Source of the DNA: Candidatus Dojkabacteria bacterium | GTDB taxonomy: Bacteria > Patescibacteriota > Dojkabacteria > B142 > OLB20 | Direction of reading: 5' to 3' | Assembly: GCA_035444565.1 (NCBI GenBank) | Contig: DAOMOX010000003.1 | Location: 31,488 to 95,487 of the forward strand | DNA length: 64,000 nt | Part shown: piece after piece, positions 28,789 through 36,754 of the stretch | Numbering within the stretch: the first letter of the stretch is position 1 | How the letters are laid out: every line of letters starts with the position of its first letter | The notes under the pieces: generated by a model | Database searches by the model: none | Told to the model about the DNA's origin: nothing | Seen by the model: only the letters and a program-made list of their open reading frames with translations | Position numbers and translations under genes: made by a program

Positions 28789-29474
28789 GATTCAGAATCT
28801 TTTTTTAATAGTTCTCTAAATCTATAAATCTCGCTTAATCTTAGACCAGTGAATCTACCAATAAAATAATTCACTGGAAAACTAAGTAATATAATCCAAG
28901 GATAATTCAGGAAAGCATTTTGTACGCTCTGGGAGCTTATTACTAAGAAACAGATCATTCCAAGTAAGATTGTTTGCAATGATAACATGAGTGCGGTAGT
29001 TGTCTGTTTCGAAGCGAGTAGGTTAGTAAATCTCTCTGAAATTGAAGCGAGTAATATTAATGAAAATATGTCAACACGCAATATACCACCTCTGTCCATT
29101 AGGTCTAGTATAAATAGAACTACTAGTAGGGAAATTGTCACGTTTGTTGTGACAATGGCTAGCTTCGAATAATAATGTAGAGTTAAAGGCTGAACAATCT
29201 TATAACTAATATACGAACTAATAAAAACAATTAATGTGATGAAAAGTCCATATTTCAAACCCTGCCATACTGAAACACCTCCATCGATTCTACTGAACTG
29301 ATAGAACATAAAAGTTAATATCACTGGCACATAGATACCAAATGATTTCACGCCCATTATGTATTTGGCAAAGCTGATAATCGTAATAACAAGGGGTAGG
29401 GTAACCAAGAAAATTAGTGTGTTCGGATCTAGACTGAGATTGTTCTCAAATTGTGATAATGCGATTCCAGGCAT
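28785..29474 (-). CDS. Polytopic (7TM-type) membrane protein, the partner of the ATP-grasp/protease gene
   Basis: 229 aa with about 6-7 hydrophobic helices. The 4-nt start/stop overlap with the downstream gene implies an operon. The architecture matches the 7TM module of 7TM-transglutaminase/ATP-grasp systems (inference). Confidence 0.5.
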   Translation of the reverse strand: MPGIALSQFENNLSLDPNTLIFLVTLPLVITIISFAKYIMGVKSFGIYVPVILTFMFYQFSRIDGGVSVWQGLKYGLFITLIVFISSYISYKIVQPLTLHYYSKLAIVTTNVTISLLVVLFILDLMDRGGILRVDIFSLILLASISERFTNLLASKQTTTALMLSLQTILLGMICFLVISSQSVQNAFLNYPWIILLSFPVNYFIGRFTGLRLSEIYRFRELLKKDSES

Positions 29475-29544
29475 AGTTTCAATACTAAAATATGTGTAGA
29501 TTATACCTTAAATTAAATAAAAACAACACGAAACAAAAACCCCG

Positions 29545-29575
29545 TAATGAAGTACGGGGTTTAGTTTTTCGTGAT
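29545..29575 (-). terminator. Rho-independent terminator after rplL
   Basis: On the minus strand: CCCCGTACTTCATTACGGGG followed by TTTTTGTTTCG. Confidence 0.75.
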
Positions 29576-29582
29576 AGAGCAA

Positions 29583-29990
29583 TTATTTTAGTGTAACTTT
29601 TGCTCCAGCTTCTTCAAGTTCTTTCTTCAGTTTCTCTGCGTCTTCCTTGCTCAAAGCTTCTTTCACCATTTTAGGTGCAGCTTCAACTAGGTCTTTTGCT
29701 TCTTTAAGACCGATATTTGTAGCTGATTTTACAACCTTGATTACAGCGATTTTGTTAGCACCAATCTCTGTAAGTTCTACTGAGAACTCACTTTGTTCTT
29801 CTTCTGGTGCTCCTGCGTCTACTGCTGGGGCTGCTACTGCAAATGATGCTGGTGCTGCTGCACTAACTCCGAATTTATCTTCTAGAGCTTTGACTAATTC
29901 AGATACTTCTAAAACAGTCATTTTTTCTAGCATCTCTGCAATTTTTTTGGCATCACCCTTTAATTCTGTTGTTGTTTTTTCGTCTGCCAT
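29583..29990 (-). CDS. rplL: 50S ribosomal protein L7/L12
   Basis: [26 protein letters not shown], an Ala-rich hinge, and [19 protein letters not shown]. Confidence 0.9.
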   Translation of the reverse strand: MADEKTTTELKGDAKKIAEMLEKMTVLEVSELVKALEDKFGVSAAAPASFAVAAPAVDAGAPEEEQSEFSVELTEIGANKIAVIKVVKSATNIGLKEAKDLVEAAPKMVKEALSKEDAEKLKKELEEAGAKVTLK

Positions 29991-30013
29991 TGTTTTAAAT
30001 TAATTAAATAAAA

Positions 30014-30538
30014 TTATGCTTGTTTATTGTCAGCTATTGCTTTCATAACATAAACAAGGTTTCTAGTATTTGCGTTTATTACATTAACAAAGCCTGTAAG
30101 TGGGGCATTGAACAAATTCAAAACTTGAGCGATTAATACGTCTTTACTTGGTAATTCAGCTAACTTTACAACTTCTTCTCCAGAGATTAGATTTTTATCA
30201 TAAATTCCTGCTTGTATTTCAACTCTTCCAGTATCTTTTGCGAATGTATTTATAACTTTTGCTGCTTCTGAGATATTCTCACCAGCAAAAACTACTGCAT
30301 GTTCGTTTGCGTCTAAGTTTTCAACAGCAGGTAAACCTTCTTGTTCAAGTGCGATTGAAAAAATCGAATTCTTAACCACATTGTAAGAAGATCCAACACT
30401 AATTAGGTCTTTTTTAATCTGTACCGATTCGTTTGCAGTGATTCCTGCAGGCTTAATAATAAAGACAGACTTAGAATTGTTAATTCTCTCTCTGTAGATT
30501 TTTACTAATTCCTCTTTAAATTTTCTGGTTTTAGCCAT
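30014..30538 (-). CDS. rplJ: 50S ribosomal protein L10
   Basis: Position in the rplKAJL cluster and L10-like sequence (KTRKFKEELVKIYRE...VFIIKPAGITANE). Confidence 0.85.
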   Translation of the reverse strand: MAKTRKFKEELVKIYRERINNSKSVFIIKPAGITANESVQIKKDLISVGSSYNVVKNSIFSIALEQEGLPAVENLDANEHAVVFAGENISEAAKVINTFAKDTGRVEIQAGIYDKNLISGEEVVKLAELPSKDVLIAQVLNLFNAPLTGFVNVINANTRNLVYVMKAIADNKQA

Positions 30539-30702
30539 TGTATTTAAATAATAAAAAAATGCCTGAACGGCATTTAGATAAATAATAATATTGTATCTGT
30601 TTTCCGTCTCGATAGGTCTTAATCTTACGAAGCTTCAGCGAAGTAAGATGCCTATTGTCTTTGACTTAATACACTAGATATTAAAGCAAATATTCAATTT
30701 TG

Positions 30703-31386
30703 TCAATTTGATTGAGTTGATTCGCTTACAACAAGGGCAGGTCCCATTGTAGGTTTTATGCGAATACTTGCGATGATAGAATTTCCGTATTTCTTTGTTA
30801 TCTCTCTTACAGACTTCATGAATGCTTCATAATTGGCAATTAATGCTTCTGGTTTCATATCGGTTTTTCCAATAACCATATTAAACTTACCTTCTTGTAA
30901 AAGTTTGTATGATCGTTGACCAGATTTGAATTTCTCTATAGTTTTTTCCATATCTGTTGTAACTGTTCCGTTTTTTGGATTGGGCATTAAACCTTTTCTT
31001 CCTAGTACTTTTCCGAGTCTAGCGATTTTAGGCATCATTGCAGGAATTGCAAGTACAACATCAAACTCCAATTCACCTTTCTCAACCTTACTAATTAATT
31101 CTTCGCCACCACTTATATCTGCAGATTTTGCGGTTTTGATATTGGTTGAATCTACAAAAGCAAGTACTTTCACTTCTTTTCCAAAATTATGAGGGAAAGA
31201 TAGAGACCCTCTGAAACTCTCTGATTTCTGTTTTTGATTCAGATTTAATCGAACTTCAACCTCAACACTTCCAGGGAATTTTGTTAATGAATTATCTTTA
31301 ATCATTTGCAGAATTTCCTCAGCAGAGTAGGACTTGTTTTTATCAATTTTTGTTTTCACAGCTTGATATTTTTTTGATCTTTTCAT
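30703..31386 (-). CDS. rplA: 50S ribosomal protein L1
   Basis: KRSKKYQAVKTKID...YSAEEILQMIKD and GKTDMKPEALIANYEAF. Confidence 0.9.
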   Translation of the reverse strand: MKRSKKYQAVKTKIDKNKSYSAEEILQMIKDNSLTKFPGSVEVEVRLNLNQKQKSESFRGSLSFPHNFGKEVKVLAFVDSTNIKTAKSADISGGEELISKVEKGELEFDVVLAIPAMMPKIARLGKVLGRKGLMPNPKNGTVTTDMEKTIEKFKSGQRSYKLLQEGKFNMVIGKTDMKPEALIANYEAFMKSVREITKKYGNSIIASIRIKPTMGPALVVSESTQSN

Positions 31387-31409
31387 AATTAATTAGTGAA
31401 TATCGTAAT

Positions 31410-31844
31410 TTAATCAACCACTTCAATACCCATGCTATGAGCTGTTCCTTCAACGATTCTCATTGCGGAGTCAAGTTTAGTGGTATTTAAGTCTTGTAAT
31501 TTAATTTCTGCAATTCTCTTAACTTCAGATCGTTTAATTTTACCTACTTTTTTAACATTTGCTGTCTCTGAACCTTTTTTGATTCCTGTTGACTTTAAAA
31601 TCAGAGATGCTACTGGTGGAGTTTTCAATTCAATCTTGAATGATCTGTCTTCAAAAATTGTAAGTACACAAGGTATTACCTCTCCCATTTTGTCTTTGGT
31701 TTTATTATTATATTGATTAACAAAATCAGCGATATTTACACCATGGGGCCCTAGTGCTGTTCCAATAGGTGGGGCAGGGGTAGCCTTCCCGGCCTCAATT
31801 TGTAGTTTTACTATAGCTTTAATTTTCTTTGATGGAGCTGCCAT
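31410..31844 (-). CDS. rplK: 50S ribosomal protein L11
   Basis: KLQIEAGKATPAPPIGTALGPHGVNI and the hallmark PPxGPALG region. Confidence 0.9.
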   Translation of the reverse strand: MAAPSKKIKAIVKLQIEAGKATPAPPIGTALGPHGVNIADFVNQYNNKTKDKMGEVIPCVLTIFEDRSFKIELKTPPVASLILKSTGIKKGSETANVKKVGKIKRSEVKRIAEIKLQDLNTTKLDSAMRIVEGTAHSMGIEVVD

Positions 31845-31862
31845 TATTTTAAATCTTCAAAT

Positions 31863-32444
31863 TTATAATTTAGATACTTTTATAAAATCGAGGGAAACAG
31901 GTGTTTCTCGACCAAATACTGATAGGAGAACTGTTACCTGACCTTTGTCTTCGTTGATTTCACTGATAGAACCGATAAAGTCAGCAAAAGGACCGTCTAC
32001 AACTTTCACAGCATCTCCAACTGAAAATGCAAATTGATATGCAGGTTGCTTCACATCCATGTATGCAATGATGCTTTGGGCTTCCTTTTCACTTAAAGGT
32101 GTAGGCTTTTTCTCTGTACCAATGAAACTAGTAACTCCTTCGGTATTTCTGACAATTTGCCATGTTTCCTCATTCATATCCATACACACCAAGACATAAC
32201 CCGGGAAAATTCTCTCCTCAACAGTCTTTTTCTTACCTGCTGAAACGACAATTTTCTCTTGTGTTGGAACAACTACATCGCTTACTGATTCTTCGAGATC
32301 ATTTGCTTTTACTCTTTGCTTGATTTGATTTGCCACTTTCTTTTCATGTCCAGAGTATGTACTGATGATAAACCATTTATGATCTTTGTTGGCTTTAGAC
32401 TTTGGTTCTTCAGGTTTTAAGTCTTTTTCTGAATCTGTTTTCAT
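31863..32444 (-). CDS. nusG: Transcription antiterminator NusG
   Basis: KWFIISTYSGHEKKV (NGN domain) and C-terminal KOW (FSVGDAVKVVDGPFADFIGSI). Confidence 0.85.
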   Translation of the reverse strand: MKTDSEKDLKPEEPKSKANKDHKWFIISTYSGHEKKVANQIKQRVKANDLEESVSDVVVPTQEKIVVSAGKKKTVEERIFPGYVLVCMDMNEETWQIVRNTEGVTSFIGTEKKPTPLSEKEAQSIIAYMDVKQPAYQFAFSVGDAVKVVDGPFADFIGSISEINEDKGQVTVLLSVFGRETPVSLDFIKVSKL

Positions 32445-32445
32445 T

Positions 32446-32655
32446 TTAGATGTTCAATGTTAAATAATTTCTAGCATAGTTAAATAATCCATCTAGTAGC
32501 AATAAAGCTATAGAGAATAGAATCGAAATAACTATAACAATGTGAGTATTTTTAAGAGTCATTGATCGAGTAGGGAACTCAACCAATTTTAACTCTAGAA
32601 AAATACCTCTCACGAATGAAAAAATACGTTTAGGTAGTTGTATCATTGCTTTCAT
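32446..32655 (-). CDS. secE: Preprotein translocase subunit SecE
   Basis: 69-aa protein with a single C-terminal TM helix, placed immediately upstream of nusG. FVRGIFLELKLVEFPTRSMT resembles the SecE amphipathic region. Confidence 0.65.
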   Translation of the reverse strand: MKAMIQLPKRIFSFVRGIFLELKLVEFPTRSMTLKNTHIVIVISILFSIALLLLDGLFNYARNYLTLNI

Positions 32656-32723
32656 AATGTTGATTATATCAATAATATCTATATTTTACTATTTAGTTTT
32701 TTTATTAAATTTTCAATTTTAAG

Positions 32724-32875
32724 TACAGGGTCACTAGCCCCGTATTTAATACGGGGGAACCTAGACGAAAGTATTTTGTTATTTACTTGTATACTTTCAT
32801 ACAGGGTCACTAGCCCTGGATTAAATCCAGGGGAACCTAGACGAAAGTATTTTGCTTTTTACTTAGATACTTTCA
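32724..32875 (-). repeat. Two 76-bp tandem pseudo-units, each carrying the 3' ~20 nt of tRNA-Trp (acceptor 3' strand plus T-stem flank) with the T-loop replaced by a hairpin, plus a second hairpin
   Basis: Units begin at 32724 and 32800, and the genuine tRNA at 32876, a period of 76 bp. The shared blocks are CAGGGTCACTAG and AACCTAGACGA[AG]AG. The inserted hairpins differ with compensatory changes (CCCCGTATTTAATACGGGG versus CCCTGGATTAAATCCAGGG). Confidence 0.8.
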
Positions 32876-32877
32876 TA

Positions 32878-32949
32878 CAGGGTCACTAGGATTCGAACCT
32901 AGACGAGAGGTTTTGGAGACCTCCATGCTACCATTGACATCATGACCCT
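32878..32949 (-). tRNA. tRNA-Trp (anticodon CCA)
   Basis: The reverse complement is AGGGTCATGATGTCAATGGTAGCATGGAGGTCTCCAAAACCTCTCGTCTAGGTTCGAATCCTAGTGACCCTG, with anticodon loop CTCCAAA. It sits in the classic position between rpmG and secE. Confidence 0.9.
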
Positions 32950-33132
32950 TCGTCGCAACAAGGCTCCAGCTTTCGTGAAGATGCTAAAGTACTTCACTTC
33001 AGCTTCCACCTGTTGCTCCTTTGAGATTTTAACTCCTTATAGTCGTTAAAATCTTAAAAGAAAATTATTAAAGAACGTTCATTATTCTAGCCTTTTAATC
33101 TCTTAATATTAAAATTTTTTAATTTTTAAATA

Positions 33133-33300
33133 TTATTTAACCTTTGATTCAACAAACTTCTCGTGTTTACGTGTTTTCTTATCGAACTTTTTGGTTTCAA
33201 TTTTTTCGTTCGTATTTATTCTATTTTTCTTTGTTATATAAAATGTACCAGTCTTAGGATTGGCCATTTTAATAATTATTCTGTTTCCTTTTTTTGCCAT
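33133..33300 (-). CDS. rpmG: 50S ribosomal protein L33 (55 aa; below the ORF-track cutoff)
   Basis: Hand translation of the minus strand gives MAKKGNRIIIKMANPKTGTFYITKKNRINTNEKIETKKFDKKTRKHEKFVESKVK, a typical L33 sequence. The rpmG/tRNA-Trp/secE/nusG synteny supports the call. Confidence 0.8.
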   Translation of the reverse strand: MAKKGNRIIIKMANPKTGTFYITKKNRINTNEKIETKKFDKKTRKHEKFVESKVK

Positions 33301-33439
33301 TATTTTTGTTATTAATAGTTATTTAAATTTTTTATTGAATAATCGTCAATGTGTCGATAATCAAACTTATAAAGATCCCAGATCCCGTAAGATCTTCCTA
33401 TAGTCGATCTACGGGATTACAACTTTTCTAATTTCGCTT

Positions 33440-33555
33440 TGCTCAATAAGAAAAGTTAGTAAGCTGGAGAGGGGACTCGAACCCATGACCGACGGTTTAT
33501 CCCGCTGGAGCTGGGGGAGAGATTCGAACTCTCGACCTACTGTTTATCACTCCTC
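33440..33555 (-). repeat. Partial tRNA copies downstream of tRNA-Thr(UGU): a 37-nt exact duplicate of its 3' end (33463-33499) and a second T-arm/acceptor-like fragment (33500-33555)
   Basis: GCTGGAGAGGGGACTCGAACCCATGACCGACGGTTTA occurs at 33463 and again at the start of the real tRNA (33557). The neighbouring fragment contains GAGAGATTCGAACTCTC (T-arm-like) but no D or anticodon arm. Confidence 0.75.
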
Positions 33556-33628
33556 AGCTGGAGAGGGGACTCGAACCCATGACCGACGGTTTACAAAACC
33601 GTTGCTCTACCAACTGAGCTACTCCAGC
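33556..33628 (-). tRNA. tRNA-Thr (anticodon UGU)
   Basis: The reverse complement is GCTGGAGTAGCTCAGTTGGTAGAGCAACGGTTTTGTAAACCGTCGGTCATGGGTTCGAGTCCCCTCTCCAGCT, with anticodon loop TTTGTAA. Confidence 0.85.
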
Positions 33629-33640
33629 TGAGGAGTGACT

Positions 33641-33758
33641 CTAACCAACTGCCTGTCCCACGTAGCTTAAGCGAAGCGGGAAGCTATCCCAGCTCCTGCG
33701 GGACTCTACCTAACTGCTTGTCCACCGTAGCTTTAGCGTAGGTGGAAGCTACTCCAGC
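33641..33758 (-). repeat. Two ~60-nt elements upstream of tRNA-Thr(UGU), each beginning (in tRNA orientation) with the tRNA's first ~12 nt (GCTGG[AG][GA]TAGCT) and followed by a covarying hairpin; a third copy sits upstream of tRNA-Thr(GGU) at 38070-38135
   Basis: Compare CCCACGTAGCTTAAGCGAAGCGGG, CCACCGTAGCTTTAGCGTAGGTGG, and (at 38090) CCTTCGTAGCTTTAGCGAAGAAGG. The loops are constant and the stems carry compensatory changes. Confidence 0.7.
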
Positions 33759-33973
33759 ATAGTATATTTATTATAAAGAGCTATTCTAATCTTTTGCCTG
33801 CCAGAGGCAGACACTCAATTCATCTACAACTCACCACGTTCGTTGGATGAATTGGTGCAGAGGGAGGGATTCCCCATGCAATCTCACTACGTTCGATTCA
33901 CGGAGTAAACTTCTCATCCCGATCGATAATTCGAACAAAACGTTTTTATTATAACGAGCTTTTACAAATTAAT

Positions 33974-34056
33974 TGCAGAGGGAGGGATTCGAACCCCCGT
34001 AGACTCTCGCCGCCAGATTTACAGTCTGGTACGTTTGACCGCTCCGTCACCTCTGC
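33974..34056 (-). tRNA. tRNA-Tyr (anticodon GUA, long variable arm)
   Basis: The reverse complement is GCAGAGGTGACGGAGCGGTCAAACGTACCAGACTGTAAATCTGGCGGCGAGAGTCTACGGGGGTTCGAATCCCTCCCTCTGCA. A 17-nt copy of its 3' end (GCAGAGGGAGGGATTC) recurs at 33853-33869. Confidence 0.85.
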
Positions 34057-34356
34057 TGCGTCGTCGAAGCAAAGTTCTAGCTCTTCCGTATTTAGTAAAG
34101 TACTTATGAATTCAGAACTTTCTAAAAATCAGCAAAAAGCATTAAATCCTTGCAAATCAAAGAACAATTGAGTATATCTCAAACCTCATTTTTTTTCCAA
34201 TTTTAAATAAGCCTGTGGCGGTTTTTATTCTTAAAATGGGAAATTATTAAAGGGTAGAAAGATTTTATCAGTAAAATGATTAAAAAAGAAGAGAAATAAT
34301 AATTTTTGGAAAATAAACTATTGAGATGTAAAATTAACAATAAAGTTAATTTATGT

Positions 34357-34431
34357 GGGCTTATAGTTTAATTGGTAAAATACCGCATTCGCATTGCGGA
34401 GCTATGGGTTCGATTCCCATTAAGTCCACCA
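34357..34431 (+). tRNA. tRNA-Ala (anticodon CGC) with genomically encoded CCA
   Basis: Acceptor GGGCTTA/TAAGTCC with G3:U70, anticodon loop TTCGCAT, and T-arm ATGGGTTCGATTCCCAT followed by ACCA. An imperfect long hairpin starts right after the CCA (34432-34470). Confidence 0.75.
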
Positions 34432-34622
34432 GTGGTGTGTGAGTGAAACGAACACAGACCACTGGTAGGACTCTGAACTAGATTCAGGGTCTTTAAAAGT
34501 CCAGCGAACAAAGTGAGCTGATGACAAATTGAGTGTAAAGTAAAATTTCGTAGAAATTTGTACGGGACCTTTGCTGGTAAAATCAAATTTTTTTATCATC
34601 TAATTAATTCTTTGTAATTCAA

Positions 34623-34922
34623 ATGAGATACAAAATCCAAAAAGACAGATATTATAAGAGTAGAGGTTCGAACACGAAGCTCTACCAAATAAAATGTAGT
34701 AGTTGTATGTCTAAAATTGCTAAATATCAAAAAGATGGACCAGGGATTCTTAAACGACTATATTTAGACAGAATATTCGATATTAATACTAAATCTGAGA
34801 ATAGTGATTTATACTGCGATAATTGTGATACTTTAATAGGAATTCATTACATTTATAAACCTGAGAAAAGACCTGCTTACAGGCTTTTCGTGGGGGCAAT
34901 TTCAAAATCCATTATCAAATAA
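34623..34922 (+). CDS. Hypothetical four-cysteine (CxxC...CxxC) zinc-ribbon protein
   Basis: CSSC and CDNC pairs about 45 residues apart. It is basic, and the next gene starts 5 nt after its stop. Confidence 0.45.
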   Translation: MRYKIQKDRYYKSRGSNTKLYQIKCSSCMSKIAKYQKDGPGILKRLYLDRIFDINTKSENSDLYCDNCDTLIGIHYIYKPEKRPAYRLFVGAISKSIIK

Positions 34923-34926
34923 CCTG

Positions 34927-35208
34927 ATGTGCAACTTATATATATTATTATGCAGGGACAACTCACTTTATACAGGTGTTGCTAAAGATATTGAAGAGCG
35001 TTTAGAAGTACACAATAGTGGCAAAGGGTCAAAATACGTTAACAGCAGGAAGCCATTTAAATTAATTTATACGGAATGTTTCGAGAGCTGGTCTGAAGCT
35101 TTGAAACGAGAGATTGAGATTAAGAAATGGAGTAGGGAGGAGAAAATAAATCGTCTTAAATTAAATATTGGGAATCTTCGAAACACCCCCCATATTGTCC
35201 GTAAATAG
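34927..35208 (+). CDS. GIY-YIG nuclease-superfamily small protein, second copy
   Basis: LYILLCRDNSLYTGVAKDIEERLEVHNSGKGSKY and a later conserved Glu. It is a paralog of the rRNA-embedded ORF at 2244. Confidence 0.65.
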   Translation: MCNLYILLCRDNSLYTGVAKDIEERLEVHNSGKGSKYVNSRKPFKLIYTECFESWSEALKREIEIKKWSREEKINRLKLNIGNLRNTPHIVRK

Positions 35209-35260
35209 GTTGATTCGACAAGGTAGGTATGATATCATTATATATAATTATTTTAATATC

Positions 35261-35464
35261 ATGTCTGGATCTACATCACCATTATTACAAGTTGGTCAAG
35301 TTGCTGGATTAGCCACAGCATCTGGAGCTTCTGGAATGGTCCTTGCCGCAACCGGCAGCTCGATTTTTCAATATTTATTTGTTGGTTTTGGACTTGTGTT
35401 CGCCCTAGTTCTTATAACTAGGACTATAAAAACAATTTCCACCGATATTGAAAACCACAATTGA
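35261..35464 (+). CDS. Hypothetical small hydrophobic protein (~67 aa from the internal ATG)
   Basis: Gly/Ala-rich segment followed by a TM helix (FQYLFVGFGLVFALVLI). Its stop overlaps the GT2 start. The upstream part of ORF 35168 overlaps the GIY-YIG gene and is unlikely to be coding. Confidence 0.3.
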   Translation: MSGSTSPLLQVGQVAGLATASGASGMVLAATGSSIFQYLFVGFGLVFALVLITRTIKTISTDIENHN

Positions 35465-36720
35465 TATTTATTGCATATCTAGTCTTTGTTCTAAGTGCTA
35501 TCAATCTAATCAGGATGGCTTTTTTTCTTATAGGAAGTGACGTTCACGATATAATTCGGAGTAGAAGACATGGCCAAAAAGAATTACAAGAATATAATCC
35601 ATTAGTAACGGTAATCGTTCCTGCTCATAATGAAGAAAAAACGCTATTAAGAAACATCAAAAGTGTAGCAGCAAGCACTTATAAGTACATTGAGCTTATC
35701 ATTGTAAATGATAGCAGTACTGACGCAACTAAGAGAATTGCTTGTAAATTTCAAAGAGAATATTTTGGAGTAAAAGTAGTGGATGTTCAAGTTCGTGGAA
35801 AAGCTAAAGCATTAAATCTCGGACTTAAATATGCTAATGGTACATTAGTTATGTGTTTAGATGCCGACTCAATGCTATCTCCAAATGCAATAGAAAACGC
35901 TGTCAAGGAATTTAGAGATGAGAACTTAGTAGCTCTTTCTGCCAATGTCAAAATTCTCGCTGATAAAGGGTTCTTAAATTTGCTTCAACGCGTTGAGTAT
36001 TTGTTGAATTATCAGATGAAAAAGGCCGAGGTCTTTGCACATATCCAATATATTATTGGGGGAGTAGGGTCTATGTATAGATTAACAGAATTAAAGGAAG
36101 TTGGTTTATATGATACGGATACAATAACCGAAGATATAGATCTTTCCATGAAAATAATTGAATTTTACGGAAAAGACAAAAAAATTGGTTATAGTCCAAA
36201 TGTTGTCGTATACACTGAAGCGGTCTTGAGCTTACCAGATTTGTATAAACAAAGAATTAGATGGAAATACGGGAGATATCAGTCATTCTTTAAACGAAGA
36301 AAGTTGTTCTTTTCCACTCGATACAACTTTTTACTAAGTTGGATATACTTACCTTATGCACTTTATGCCGAATTCTCTTATTTACTTGAGCCGTTGATTC
36401 TGGGTTACGTCCTATACCTGATTATTCAGGTGAACGATTATGGAACGTTGATTACATGTATAATTGTATTTGTTACTTTTACAACGTTCCAAATGTTGGG
36501 AGCTTCTAACGGTTATAATTTAGTGGAACGATTGAAATTATCCTTTTTATCGATTCTGTTAATGGTTCCTATGTATCTTGTAGTGTATTATGAGTATTTA
36601 GTGAGTGTTGTTGGATTGATAAGCATTAAAAAAATTATGTCCGAAAGAAAAAAAGGTACATTTAATTGTGAGTGGAATCCTGTTGAGAGATCTGGGAGTA
36701 CTACATTCATCGGTGGCTGA
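35461..36720 (+). CDS. Processive family-2 glycosyltransferase (NodC/HasA/PgaC/cellulose-synthase-like), integral membrane
   Basis: VIVPAHNEE, IIVNDSSTD, and CLDADSML (D, DxD) motifs plus the Q-R-I-R-W signature, with flanking TM helices. The true start may be the ATG near 35515. Confidence 0.8.
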   Translation: MIFIAYLVFVLSAINLIRMAFFLIGSDVHDIIRSRRHGQKELQEYNPLVTVIVPAHNEEKTLLRNIKSVAASTYKYIELIIVNDSSTDATKRIACKFQREYFGVKVVDVQVRGKAKALNLGLKYANGTLVMCLDADSMLSPNAIENAVKEFRDENLVALSANVKILADKGFLNLLQRVEYLLNYQMKKAEVFAHIQYIIGGVGSMYRLTELKEVGLYDTDTITEDIDLSMKIIEFYGKDKKIGYSPNVVVYTEAVLSLPDLYKQRIRWKYGRYQSFFKRRKLFFSTRYNFLLSWIYLPYALYAEFSYLLEPLILGYVLYLIIQVNDYGTLITCIIVFVTFTTFQMLGASNGYNLVERLKLSFLSILLMVPMYLVVYYEYLVSVVGLISIKKIMSERKKGTFNCEWNPVERSGSTTFIGG

Positions 36721-36754
36721 CTGAAACTTATTTTAAAACAGTAATATTGAGACC

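Noticed and set aside
30539-30702. Possible L10(L12)4 autoregulatory leader in the rplA-rplJ spacer, with hairpin AATGCCTGAACGGCATT
   Set aside because: It is plausible by position. I could not confirm the conserved kink-turn/L10-binding mimic of 23S by eye, so it is left unannotated. An Rfam RF00557 scan would test it.
32638-32889. ORF 32638-32889 (+) and ORF 34368-34586 (-)
   Set aside because: They overlap the tRNA-Trp pseudo-repeats and tRNA-Ala(CGC) respectively. They are low-complexity translations of structured non-coding DNA.
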